Assembly: GCA_013265495.1 (NCBI GenBank)
Contig: MU057416.1
Coordinates: 738,545-802,544 of the forward strand
Source: Vicugna vicugna
Lineage: Eukaryota
Direction: 5' to 3'
Length of the DNA: 64,000 nt
The position numbers were made by a program, and so were the translations under genes. Positions 38,055 to 50,603 of the stretch are shown piece after piece. How positions within the stretch are numbered: position 1 is the first letter of the stretch; every line of letters begins with the position of its first letter. The notes beneath the pieces were generated by a model. The model did not search any database. It saw nothing but the letters and a program-made list of their open reading frames with translations, and was not told where the DNA came from.

Positions 38055-39710
38055 ATGTTTTCTTCTTTTTCTTTAATTTAATAGAATCATTTTATTAAAA
38101 TAAGCAACTAAGTGATATCATATGGTATTTGTCTTTCTGTTTCTGGCTTGCTTCATTTAGAATGACATTCTCCACGGCCATCCATGTTGCTGCAAATAGC
38201 ATTATTTTATCATTTTCATGGCTGAGTAGTATTCCATTGTATAAATATACCACAACTTCTTTATCCAGTCATCTGTTGATGGATATTTAGGTTGTTTCCA
38301 TGTCTTGGCTATTGTAAATAGTGCTGCAATGAACAGTGGGGTGCAGGTGTCTTTCTGAATTAAGGTCCCCTCTGGATATATGCCCAGGAGTGGGATTGCT
38401 GGATCATATGGTAAGTCTACTTTTAGTCTTTTGAGGAATCTCCATACTGTTTTCCACAGTGGCTGCACCAAACTGCATTCCCACCAGCAGCGTAGAAGGG
38501 TTCCCTTTTCTCCACACCCGCCCCAGCATTGATCATTTGTGGACTATTCAATGATGGCCATTATGACTGGTGTGATGTGTACCTCATTATAGTTTTGATT
38601 TATACTTTGATAATTAGCAATATTGAGCATTTTTTCACGTGCCTATTGGCCATTCGTATGTCTTCACTGGAGAATTGCTTGTTTAAGTCTTCTGCCCACT
38701 TTTGGATTGGGTTGTTTGTTTTTTTGTTATTAAGATGTATGAGCTGTTTATATATTCTGGAAATTAAGCCCTCATCAGTCACATCATTTGCAAATATTTT
38801 CTCCCATTCCATAGGTTGTTGTTTTGTTTTGCTTATGGTTTCCTCTGCTGTGCAAAAGCTTATAAGTTTAATTAGGTCCTATTTGTTTATTTTTGCTCTT
38901 ATTTCTATTGCCTGGGTAGACTGCCCTAGGAGAACATTGCTAAGATTTATGTCAGAGAATGTTTTGCCTCTGTTTTCTTCTAAGAAGTGTATAGTGCCTT
39001 GGTTACGTGTAAGTCTTTAAGCCATTTGAGTTTATTTTTGTGCATAGAGTGAGGGAGTGTTCTAATGTCACTGACTTACATACGGCTGTCCAGCTTTCCC
39101 CGTGGCACTTGGTGAAGAGACTGTCTTTTCTCCACTGTATATTCTTGCCTCCTTTGTCAAAGATTAATTGACCATCAGTCTGTGGGTTGATTTCTGGGCC
39201 CTCTGTTCTGTTCCATTGATTCATATGTCTGTTTTTATGCTGATATTGTGCTGTTTTGATGACTGTAGCTCTGTAGTATTGTCTGAAGTCTGGGAGGGTT
39301 ATTCCTCCAGCTTTGTTCTTTTTCTTCAGTAGTGCTTTGGCAATTTGGGGGTTTTTCTGTGTGTGTGTGATTCCATATAAATTTTAGGATTATTTGTTCT
39401 AGTTCTGTTAAAAATGTCATAGGCAATTTGATAGGGATCACATTAAATCTGTAGACTGCCTTGGGCAGAAAGGCCATTTTAATGATACTGATTCTTCCAA
39501 GCCAGCAGCATGGGATGTCTTTCTGTTTCTTTAATTCATCTTTAATTTCCTTAATCAGTGTTTGGTAGTTCTCCATGTATAAGTCTTTCACCTCCTTGGT
39601 CAGATTTATTTCCAAGTATTTTATTGTTTTGGATGCAATTTTAAAAGGGGTTGTTTCTTTACGTTCTTTTCCTGCTATTTCATTGTTGGTGTAAAGAAAT
39701 ACAACTGGTT
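38055..39710 (-). mobile_element. Relatively young LINE-1, 3' ~1.6 kb of ORF2 plus 3'UTR
   Basis: ORF track: [13 protein letters not shown].., [22 protein letters not shown].., [32 protein letters not shown]. Confidence 0.93.
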
Positions 39711-40388
39711 ATTTTCAAACCTTCCCTTTGCTTCCCTTCTTTCTCCCTTTTCTTCTTAATTATGTTAATCTTTTATGTTCTTGAAACTTATGAAAGTTGT
39801 TTCTTTCATCACATTTGGGTCTGTTTCTGGTGACCGAGTTTTCTCCTGGCTGAAATGAGTCCCGCTCACTTCACATGTCTGGCAGGCTTGGGTTAGACGG
39901 CTGACATTATGAGTGTCATGCTGTTGACGATCTTCTGTTGTTCTCTCTTCAAGGTGTGGATGGTTCCTTTTGTTTGGTCAGCACGTAACTTATGGATCAC
40001 CCTAACTTTCTGAGGCTTGTTTTTAAGCTCTGTCAGCAAGGTTCTGCAGCAGTCTTTACAGACACTTGAGCCCTTCTGGGTTTACCTTTTTAAAGTCTCT
40101 ACTTAGTATTTGGCCAGAGACTCAAGGGCTACTCTATGTGACTTTTGGATTTTTTTTTTGGTATCTTTCCTTTCCGGTGTTCTGCCTTTTAAATGCCAGC
40201 CGCGGCGGCCTCCCCACACACTCACTTCTCTGCTGTACGAGACATGCCCTGCTCAGATCGTACTTCCTGGAAAGTGCCTCAGGCCAGAAAGCCGGGGTCG
40301 TGTTAGGGCTTGTTTTTCCTCCCTTCTTAGTAATCACAGACTTGTGTTGTTGCCTGTTGTTCAACGTCTGTAAACAGTTGTTTCATAC

Positions 40389-40706
40389 TGTTGACCTGAA
40401 ACAGACTGTCAGATACTTCTCCAGCGAAGATGGGTTTATTTGGGGTCAGCGGGGAATTGCAGTTTGGGATCTGCAAACATGGTGCAAGTTCCCACGTGGC
40501 AAGAGAAGGAGAATGTTTTTGTAGAGGGAGAAAGGAAGTCGGGAGGGCTGTGTAAACAGTCTGTGCCTTGTCACTGGCTCATCCTCGCCAGGAGCGGTCT
40601 GTCATCTTCCTGCTGGGCTCTGCTGTTGTCACAGGACGTGAGTGTTCCCTTGTCTAGTCTCCCAACTCTACTTAATTGCGGCTTCTGTTTACTAAAGTTT
40701 TATAAA
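40389..40706 (-). mobile_element. ERV solo LTR (ERV1-like) within an old L1
   Basis: 'tgttgacctgaaa..gatgggtttattt' (AATAAA on minus), CCAAT-like 'tcactggct', typical artiodactyl LTR layout. Confidence 0.55.
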
Positions 40707-42149
40707 ATGTAGTCCAGTTTTCTAATCATTTCCCATCAGGCAAATCTGGTAACAATGACTCCACCATGACTAAAGGTGAAAACTTAAATTATCTTTTAAA
40801 AATACTTCCTTCCTTTAATGACACCTATTATGAGAGAAACAGAACAGCTTGTAAAACTATTCATTTGGATGACACTTTATTAATATAACTTATAGAAAAG
40901 CGTTAAGAAGTGTATATATAAAAAAACAATGTTTTTGGGGATTGGTAGTGAAATTTTTGTTGTCTTCAGTTTATTTTGCAAATTTTCAGTAGCCAATATG
41001 CATGTACTTTTCAATTAGGAAGATGTCATCTTGAAAGTTCTGCGTAATACAGAATGCAGTATGACATACATGGTATGGCCTTTCTGTACCATTCACGTTT
41101 TAATAAACCTCATTAACATGACATTAAATAAGTAAATGCTTATTCATTTCAATGATTAAACTGAGGGAGACTTTTTCTACGTGCCACATTTGAAAAGGAA
41201 TATGGTTGTTAATTTAAGAGTTAATGGTCATAGACTTTAGGGCTGACAGGAACTTCAAAAGCTCGTCTGGTTCAGTCTCTGTGAGTAACTTATGTTTTGT
41301 GAAGCCGAGTGACTTCTTAGAGGTCTGATAGCCAACGAACAGCAGGATCAGCACCGGCTCCCACTGTGGGGCTTCTGATACCGCACCACGCTGCGTGCGT
41401 CTTCTCTGAAGAGGTCTGGAGGCGACTTACAGGCTAACAAGTCATCACAAAGGCAGAGATCTAGGTGCTCGGTGCAATTAAACCAGGAAGGAGGCAGGAC
41501 TAGATGCCACTAGTTATCTAAGGTGGTGAAACCGAGTGGAAGATTAAGTTTTCTGTTGTTGAGACAAAATTAGAAACACATTTCCTGCTAGAATAAGCAT
41601 GCGTTTTTGTATCTATAGAGGCACACTCTGGGGGAGTGTTTATCATAAATAGGACTTTACTGTGTGAAAATACACTCATGTATTTATTAAAATTAAATGA
41701 CTCATTTGTAATTAACAGGATCAGTGGAACACACTTCCGTGCAAATGTCACGGAAAGAGTGCTTCTGAGTAAGTCAAACACCTGCGGTATCGTTTGTATT
41801 AATTTGCTGAGCAAACCTTGTCTTCAAATGCTGTAAAATAGTCAGCTTCCATTCAGCTCAGCCAACATAAGACAAATTCTAAATCAGTTTATTCAGAACA
41901 AATGAGGTTTCACTAAGGGCAGAAGCGATTCACATTTCTGTGAGTCCTTCGCGTGGCTTCTGCGCCACCCTTGGCAAAGTCAGGCAAAGACGGTCAAGGC
42001 AGCCTCTCTGGGTCCCGTTCTCCGTCCGCCAGCATCGCCCCTTCTCCGTCAAGGGCACCAGAGACCACGCCCTCGGGAGGAGGCTGGCTGCTCACCTGCC
42101 CTCAAAGCGCCGCCGGAATGAATGCTGCTATTCTCTTCATCCAAATTAT

Positions 42150-45100
42150 TTTAACCCTCACAAGAATCCTCACAATTCATCCTCAGAGCCTGCCACCTCC
42201 CCAACCCCCCTGCTGGGCCCACGAGACAGCGCTCGTCCTCTGCTGTGGGACCATCTTCACCTGCTACTCAAGTGTGGGTGCTCCCTGAGGTGACCGACTC
42301 TGCAGAAAATGGTTTCTCCCCTGTCACGCTCACAACAGGTGGGACGGGGGAGGGAGTTAGCGTTCGCATTCCCGGCTGTGTCCCCCTTTCTGTGAGGTGC
42401 CCGGTCTCCGAACCCCCGTCATCTCCTGCAGCCCCAGCTGCCGAGCAGAGTCGCGCGGGGCCCGGGGAGCCCGCTTCTCCCCGCCTGCTTGCGGGCCTCC
42501 CGGCGCTGCCGGTCCCGGCCTGTGCGCGCCGCCGTCGGGCCACGCGGCTCGCTCCCCGGCTCCAGCCGCCGGCCACTGCTGTCATCTAGGCGACCCTCAG
42601 CTCGGCTCCTCCTCCCACGGTCATCATCCAGATGGGACCGTGCCCAGCGCTGCACTGGCTCCACAGACCCCTTTAGACGCCCCTCTCTGGTTTCCACACT
42701 GCCTTTCCCGCTCACTCACTCCCACGTCTGAACTCCAAAGATGTCTGCCTCTGCTGGGACTTCCAGCCCACTGACCATCCTTCACCTTATGTCCTCTCTC
42801 CCCTCCTTACTCAGTTTAGATTCCATGACCCCCTCCCCCGCCCATAGAAATCCCTCCTCAGACGCATCTCCTGTGATCTGACCACTGTCTCTCGCTCTTC
42901 TACTTCCTGGCTGAAACCCCAACCCTGCACCCAAACAACAGAATGTAACTAAAGAAAAACATACTGAGACTGACTAGTCCCGCTTTACTAGTGTGACCTT
43001 ACGGCTAACAGCGATCCCACTGCGTCTTCTTGGTCCCGAGAATGCCCCTCTTCTAGGCGACGCTCTCACTTGATCTCCAAGCCAGCATCTCTCCTCACAC
43101 CTGCACGTGCTCAGCTTATTTCATGAGAAAACAGGGGCAATCGGATGAAAATTCACACAAGTTCCCACCAGTAAATGCGTGGACCACGCAGAGCGTGTCC
43201 TTCCGTGCACACTGCCACGCTCAGGCCTGAGCCCAGCTTCTCCACGTGTGCGCCAAGTCTCACCACTTCACTCCCAAAGGGCTTTGCAGATGCAGTTCCT
43301 CCGTTTACCCTACAGCACCCATTCTCCCCAGGGCACTGGATGATTCTCATAAGGACTCAAAAATGTAACACATCTGATCTTAAAATCTTTCATGTCACCG
43401 TGAGGCTCGGTGAAGGGCACCGGGATCTCGGCAGTGCTTCTGCGGCATCTTATGCATCTACTGTCATTTCAAGATTAGAAGCTAAAAAGGTAATAATCTT
43501 CCCTTTCACCCAAATCCGCGTCCAGCCGCACCTTATTTATCTACCCCTTTTAGAGTAAATCTCCTGTAATCTGTGCTTACTGCTCCGTCTGCTCCCTCAG
43601 TTCTCCTGAACACACTCCAGTCAGGCTGCAGCCCCCACCACTGTATGGAATCTGATCATGTCAGTGTCATTGCCACGTGCAATGCATAATCCTCAGCTCT
43701 TGGCCTACCCTGCCTTCAGCAGGTTGGACCCAGACGGCCACCATCCTGCAGACTTCAGCTCCCTGGGCTTTGGAGGCAGAGGAGCACTGCTTTTGCTCCA
43801 TCCTCTTCTTTTCCACTTATTTTGACTAAACACTGAAGGGCCCAGGCCTCCATCCTCTGGTCTCTCTCTACATGTACAGTCAGTATGCAGTCTCCACCCG
43901 TTCCCGTGACTTACAAAGCCATTCACAGGCCGATGACGTCCACCCAGTCATGTCTCTAGTCCCACGTTGTCCTCGTACTGACAACTCACTTTGTCTCCTG
44001 CTCCACATGCCACCCTGCATGTCGGAGGGGCAGCTCAGCGTGATCCTTGGACGGGGTTCAGGATGTGCCACCCCAAAGACGGCACCTTGATATAGTAAAT
44101 ATTAAATACATTATATTAAATACTATATATTAAATATTCCTTTAGCCAAAGAAACCTTCAAAAGGCAGAAGCAGGGCAGTCACACGGCCTGTGCCCACTC
44201 TCCCTTCTTCTGGGAACAGGTCATGAGGCTCCTGTGTGAACGATGACCCCCGGGTACCAGGAGGAGGGAGCAGATTCTTACCGCCAGAGACAAGGAGTCT
44301 GGGGCCAGGAGATGTGTGCAAACAAACCTTGTCAAACTCACCCTGACCTTCTGGCTGCTTCACCCTTTACTCTCCCAGCCCAAGCCCCTTAGTCTTGTCA
44401 GTTCTTGTCTGAAAGGTACTGGAGTTTCCTGCTCTGCTCACTTATTTCTTCAGGTCTTCACTCTTGTGAAAACTCCACATGCGTAAAAAAGTGTAAGAAT
44501 CTGTCTAGGCTTCTCCCCTGTGAGTCTGCGTCCGTCTCGTTCTCAGACCTGGTCGGGGGCCCGCAGGGCGCAGGGACCTTCTCCTGATGGTCGTCCGGAG
44601 CAGAGCTCCGGTTCCGCTGCTCCCTCACGGCCCCGGACCAGCTCTTCCCGCGGCATTCCCTCCTGAGGATGGAGCGGGGCCATCTACCAGGTGGTCAAGC
44701 CCAGACCAGGAGGGAGCCCTTCACTCAGACGTGCCTCTGACCATCCCTTTCACTCCGTTAGGAGCTCCGGGGCTCTGCCTTCTCCGCAGCCCAGACCCAC
44801 CCCGGCCCTGCAGCCTGGGCCTGAGCTGCCGCGCCCCCTCCTCGCCGCCGTCACCTCCTGGCGCGGGTCCCGTGTGCACCGCTGCTCCCAGGCAAGCTTT
44901 TCTACCTCAGCATCAGGGTGGGACTTCCAACGCTTAAGTCACATCAATCATGATTTAATATCATGTCAACCTTACGTTCCAAAACCTTCTAATATTTCCA
45001 TCGCACGCAGAATAAAATCCCAACCCTTTGCCATAGACTAAACACGCCGACCTAAAAGGCCTGAGACCTAGCGAGCTGCCACCCACCTTGGCCTGCCCGG

Positions 45101-45512
45101 CCTCGGTGCTGGTCCCTGAGCGCAGCCAGTACCGTTCTGCACAGACCTCTGCGCTGCCTGCCTCCTCTGCGCCCGGCAGTCCCCTCCCCTCTGGCCTGCC
45201 GTCTGCATCATCACTTTCCACCCGTCCTTTAGGTCTTTGCCCAAATACAGCCTCAGCGGAGGTGCTCGACCTCTTGGAACTGCTCTCTGTAAGACAGCAC
45301 CTCCCAATCTGGGGCCCCCTCCATTTGTCTACTGTGTTTTATTTCCTTCAGACCACTGACCACAACCTGACGTTTCTCTGTTGCTTGCTGTCTTCATCTC
45401 TTATCAGAAAGGGATGGGAGTCTGTCTGTTTTGCTCACTAACCCTGCACAGTGCTCAGGGGGTCGTAGGTGCTCAAGGAGTATTTCTGGATGACTGAGTG
45501 AATGAATGAATG
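42150..45512 (+). mobile_element. Near-full-length LINE-2 (endonuclease to 3' tail), interrupted by an LTR
   Basis: EN-like motifs ATQVWVLPE..GGTGEGVSVRIP (~42262-42375). RT-region pyrimidine-rich L2 pattern at 43500-44040. Canonical 3' end 'gtaggtgctcaag..gagtgaatgaatgaatga'. Confidence 0.7.
44045..44587 (+). mobile_element. ERV1-like solo LTR inserted in L2
   Basis: 'gttcaggatgtgccaccccaaa..ctcccttcttctgggaacaggtcatgag..cttctcccctgtgagtctg', MER39/LTR-type layout. The L2 resumes after it. Confidence 0.6.
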
Positions 45513-46179
45513 AACTTTGAGGCCCAGCTGGATCAGGGGACAGTTTACTCTTTATCTACCTTTTCCCCACACTGAGTATTTAATGAACAACCAGATGCTG
45601 TGCTGGGCACCCGTCAGACAAAGGTTAAAAAAAAAGGTAAAAGATGTATAAACTGAGACTCCAGGAGAGAAAAAGAAATAAATGCAACTTGTGATTTAAC
45701 CCTGATGAGACGAGGCATCAGGATGGCCTCTGGGGAGAAACAGCCAGTGTGGCTGGGGGAGGAAGGGCTCCAAAAGGGACAGGTATTTGGCAAAGGACAG
45801 GCGACGAAGATGAGTCCTGCACTCAGAGAAGAGGGACTATCAAAGGCGTGCCACCTGCTGGTGAGGGCTGGCAGGCTCTCATAAGACTTCCTGTAGTTGG
45901 AAAACTTAAGTAAAATCAGTGCTAAAATCCAAGCAGCCAAATATGGATTTGGCCTTTGGCCAATTTGTCTCCTTTTTCTTCACCCTTCTGTTCATTATTT
46001 ATAGAGACTTACACACACACACACACACACACTCCCTCTCTCTCTGCCAAAAGCAAATGTCTGAGCATTTTGGAGGCGTGTCTATTTGTTACTAATCCAA
46101 AGGTACCATCGTCTCCTACTTTGGAATTGAACACAAAGGATAAGAAGGGTTTCCTCAGCTTGGCTAATTCATTATCCTT

Positions 46180-46270
46180 CTTGTTGTTGTTAATGGAGGT
46201 ACCAGGGATTGAACCCAGGACCCTGTGCGTGCTAGGCAGACCCTCTACCCCTGAGCTCTACCCTCCCCCC
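46180..46270 (-). mobile_element. Camelid tRNA-derived SINE (Vic-1-like) with TSD
   Basis: Reverse complement GGGGAGGGTAGAGCTCAGGGGTAGAG..GGTCCTGGGTTCAATCCCTGGTACCTCCATTAACAACAACAA with A and B boxes. TSD tcattatc(c/t)tt at 46169-46179 and 46271-46281. Confidence 0.88.
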
Positions 46271-46599
46271 TCATTATCTTTTTAAATCTCCATGTTCTTA
46301 AAGGTATTTGAGAAATAGTAAATGTTTTTGACAGTGAAACACACAAGAGTGGACACAGGCATGCAAAGGGCCTCAGAATGTTTTCTCTTAAATGAGTTTT
46401 AGGCATTTAATTCATGTAACACCTACTGCAAAGACAGTTCTTCAGTTGCCATCACGAAAAAAATTTTAGAAGTTACCAGAGCTAAGACCCTAGTTCACAC
46501 ACTGACCGTCGAAGACTGAGAGCATCCGTCAGGCTTTAGGAGAAGGACACTCGAGTCTCTGAAGAGCTTTAGCACAGCGTTATGACTTAGAGTGCAGAT

Positions 46600-48720
46600 C
46601 TGAATGCCGATCTCAGACCATCCCCTTGGCAAACAAATGAGCGGCTCCCGTCTCCGGAGCCGCGGGGCTGCGTGCCGGCCCCGGACGGGGCACGATGATG
46701 TCCTGTGCACAAGTCGCGCACGCCGGCTCTGCGTGCACCGCGCCACGTCTCGGCCATCAAGGCTCTGCAGCGTCCCCGTATGCAAGAGCAGCAGCTGAGA
46801 CAGTGTACTTCTCGCCCGCGGACAAGTGACCACCCAGGCACAAAACCCAGCCTGTGGAAGAGACGCCGTGCAGGACAGGGCCCCCTGCAGGTCTGAGTCC
46901 CTGGCTTTTACCGTTTTTCTTGAGACTCGCCTGCTGTGTTTGTATTTCCATTGGAGTCGCTGTGACAGATCGCTGGGCAGATCTGGAAGACGTCCCCTAG
47001 GTGTTTATGCAAAAAACTATGGAAACGTCTAAAAAGTCAAACGGTTTTTACATACTTCCTGCACGTTCTCACGTAGCGCCTTGATTTAAACGAGCTCCAC
47101 GGCACGGTACGCAGCGTGTTAACCAGCGGGAACCTCTGGTCCTCGTGACGGAGGGAAAAGCAACGGCGCGTTAAAGCTAAGAGTGGAGCCCAGCGGGCTG
47201 CCGGTCCGACAGAGAGCCACCTGGGGACGCTCGTCAGAGGGGCCCCGGCAGCCCTGCGGCCACGGACGAGGCCCCCCAGGAAGGCCACACCGCGCCCTTC
47301 GAGGATAAAGCTTGTTGCTGTGATTCCAGGAGCTCATCGCTATTTCATTTAGAAAAAAGGCCTCAAAGTAGAGCTCACGCCTTACCTAACTCACTGTTAC
47401 GTGATAACACGTAACAAAGTCGCTGGATAAGTGAGGGGCTGTGATTTACTGAGCGCCCAGTCCGGGCCAGGTCCCCCCTAAACATCTGCAGTGTTAATTC
47501 ACTAAGCATCTGAAGTGGGCATCACCTCCTGCCTACGGATAAGGAAAACGGGGTGAAGGACGTTCCCTGTCATCCAGCTGATAACAACCGCGCGGAGTCT
47601 CAAAGGCAGGCCTTTTGGACCCCGGAGTCCTTGTTTGGGCCACCAGGCCACAGCCGTCCTTTTCTTAAAGGCAGAGGGGTCATCAGTACCACTCCTGCTC
47701 TCACAGCAGGCCCCCCGGAGTAGGGGGGTGCCCAGGCGCGCATGGCCTCAGACGGGCTCCGTGGAGAGCCAGGCTGCCCGGGTCCAGTCCCCGGCCCATG
47801 GCTTGCCGTCTCCTGTCCAGAATGTTCAGTGCAGCTAATTTCACCCCTCAAGGGGGCCGCACAAGTTAGCAGCCGGAAAAGGAACAGACAACAACGCACT
47901 GAACAATTGAACACGACACGAGTAGAGGACGAGGCTGGGGCTCTCTGGGAAAGGAAATGAACGCCCTGGGGTAGCCGGCCGCTCGCGCGCCTCCAGCACG
48001 CGGTGTGGCTTTCCTTCCTTCACAGGTTGTCCCCGAGGCTGGGCAACACAGGCCACAAAACTTAGGCTGGTTATGCTGCCAACAGCTTTCCCTGGGGAGG
48101 GACTGTAAAAGCCTCAACCCGTTTTCATCAACACAGAAATCCTTGACTCGCCCCAGTCACAGCCTGAGGGCCCCCCTCACCCAGCCTGACCCCCGCGCCG
48201 CCTCCTGCTCAGAGTGCTGCAGCCCCGCCGCTTCCCTTCAGGTCCGCAGACGCGCCTGGCCCCGTCTTCCCCCCCGGGTCCTCCCTGTTCCCTCTGCCAA
48301 CAATACTCGGCCCCCCAGGCCCTTCCCTAGTGAGGTCTTGCTCAACCTTCGGAGATGATCATACCAAATCACTTGTGGTTTTTCAAAAATGCTGGGCTGC
48401 TGACGTCAGCATTCCTTGCTATTTTTATTTTCATTTGAAAGTCCCCCTCCGCCAACATCTGGTCCCTCTGTCCCAGAGCAGCCAGTTCGGGAGAAGCGTT
48501 CTTGTCCAGGAAGACTTTCGAACACCTCGGGCTGGCCTGGACACCCCTCCTCCACCTTATCTGCTTCGTTTCAGTTACCCACTCCAGAGAGATGCTTCTG
48601 CATTGAATTCTCCTTCCTCGTGAAAATGTGAACCAGCCCCCTTCGTCCCGGGCACCGTCCAGGGCAGAACGCAGTGCTGACTTCCCCGGGCACGCGGTGC
48701 TGAAAGCCAGCACTTTGCTT
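46600..48720. promoter_or_regulatory. CpG-rich region / CpG island, intronic to the gene remnant
   Basis: Elevated CpG clusters at 46620-46830, 47070-47300 and 47970-48280. Confidence 0.45.
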
Positions 48721-48807
48721 TATCTGCTCTTTTAGTGATTTTCTCCAGCGACCCACAGCACAGAAGCTGTAAGGACCGCTTGCTTCATTGAAGTTACACT
48801 TACTTAC

Positions 48808-50603
48808 AGCTCTTCGGAGATGAATCTGAGTTTTGCTAGATTTGTTTTTCTTTTTCCTCTTGAGGCTGGAAGGGGCTTCTTGGAGGAGGGGGCACCAGCT
48901 TTGCTTTGCTTATGTTTATTTTTGCTTTTGTGTCAGTAGCCTCATATTTTTGTGGCTCCTCTGCAAAAGTATTTGCTCACCCGTGTTGTGTTTCACTACC
49001 TTGGAGTCTGCCGGGAGTCCCTGCCGGCCGGTTTCCACAGGGACGCGGGCCGGGCTCTCCTTGTGCTGGAACTTTCTGCAGGAAGAACTCCCGGGATGGC
49101 GCTCCTCCCCCCCGGGGATGGTGGGGCAGTTTTTTCGGGCAGCCCCACTCTGTGGTGGGCATTTTCAAAATTCCACCTAACCTGATTCAGGGACCCCCTC
49201 ACTGTCTCCTGTGTTCAGGAACCGCTATCAGAATGGACTGAAATCGGAATCATACTGATTTAAAAAAAATACTGACTTAGCCTCGGGCGTCATCCCAGCT
49301 TTGACTCAGTCATCCTCTTTCTCTCCCTGTTTTCCTTCCTGTCTCTGTGGCATCTTATTAGACGTGTATCTGTGTCTGTTATTCAATGCTTGTTTTTAAT
49401 TTTCTTCCAATGTGTTTTCTGCCCCAGTGCTTTTGTTTTCTTTCTTAGGAAGAGCAATCTTACACTCGTCGAATCTCCTCTGTATATCTTTTACTGTTGT
49501 TATTTCTCTGCTCCGATTAAACTCGCTGTTCATGTCCGCTGCACTGGCTTTTGTTCTGCCCCATCCTCCTGGTCTGGGGCAGCGCCGTCCCCCCCGTGCT
49601 AATGCTGACGTGCCCTCGTCCGGGTGGACGCTTCATTCTTCTCCTGCTCTCTGATGGCTCCTCCCCGCGGAAGCCCCTCCACTCAGCCTCCGTGGCTCAT
49701 CGGCTCACACAGATGTGGCTTCCTTCTCAGGACACATGCATGCCTCCTATGAAGCATGTACCTTCGTCGAGAATGTGGTTCTGTTGCTGGAGAATAGCTT
49801 CTTGTCTTGTGGCGGAAAAAATCCAGAGATGAGACACAGAGATCAAGGAAGCCAAGTGAGGATTTACTAAGGGATGGCGAGGACACTTGCACAGGGAGAG
49901 CGGGCAGGCTCGGATGAGCGGCTGCCCTGAGTTTCTTTGGCAAGCTGGTGACACGGAGTAAAAATGAGTGGGCGGAATACTCACTGGGGAGGGAGGGGTC
50001 TGGGGTCTCAGTCCCTGATTTCCATCCCGTCTCCCCCTTCCCGAGGGGAGGAGGGATTTTTGTCCTTGTTTAATCTGGATGGGAAGGGTCAGGGCGTCAG
50101 TGCATGAGGGGTACTCCTAACCTGCAAGGCTAATTTTATTGTAACGGGGGCATAATGAGCAAAAGGTTACATTCGGATGCCAGAGATTCCTGCCTTTCCC
50201 ACTTTTCTTTGTCGGCCTCCAGGACACTTGGTCACCCTGAAATGTGGGATCTATTCTCAGTCCCGAGGCTCCTGCTTTTCTCTGTCTGCCCAGGGACCCC
50301 CGTTGTTCACAAGACGTGCGGTTTCCTGCATTTGGCCCGTGCCCCACTGTCTCTGCGCACATCTAGCTGTCTGCCTGCTCTGACCGCTCTTGCTGTCAGT
50401 GACCAATTTGAAATGTTTGTTTCTGAGGATGCACACGCTGTTGTACCATGTTTTAGGCGATATTGCTGGTTCATCTTATTCCTTGCCGAATCATTTACAA
50501 ATTCCCCGAGAGCGGCAGCCCTCATCTATTTTTCCTTGAATCTCTGCTGTGTGGTCTAGTGCCTCGAACACGGCAGGAGCTCAGCAAGTAAGAATGAACT
50601 AAG
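48808..50603 (-). pseudogene. Large decayed exon (~1.2 kb without the LTR)
   Basis: Acceptor 'tttccttacctgccag|CTT' (duplicate copy at 51057), strong donor 'GCT|gtaagt'. Purine-rich protein-like frames broken by stops: MNSEFNRSREITTVKDIQRRFDECKIALPKKENKSTGAENTLEEN*KQAL..; HKSKNKHKQSKAGAPSSKKPLPASRGKRKTNLAKLRFISEE(L). Confidence 0.6.
49808..50385 (-). mobile_element. ERV1-like solo LTR inserted inside the large exon
   Basis: Begins 'tgtggcggaaaaaatccagagatgagacacagag' with AGTAAA on minus at ~49863-49868. Ends '..ctgtctgcctgctctgacc'. Exon-like sequence on both sides. Confidence 0.7.

Noticed and set aside
36789..41097. Possible minus-strand micro-exons at ~36789-36813, 37752-37774 and 41059-41097
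   Set aside because: Weak splice sites and not needed for phase continuity; cannot be separated from chance.
46195..46270. tRNA-Ala-like gene
   Set aside because: Has a tail and TSD and imperfect stems; it is a SINE.
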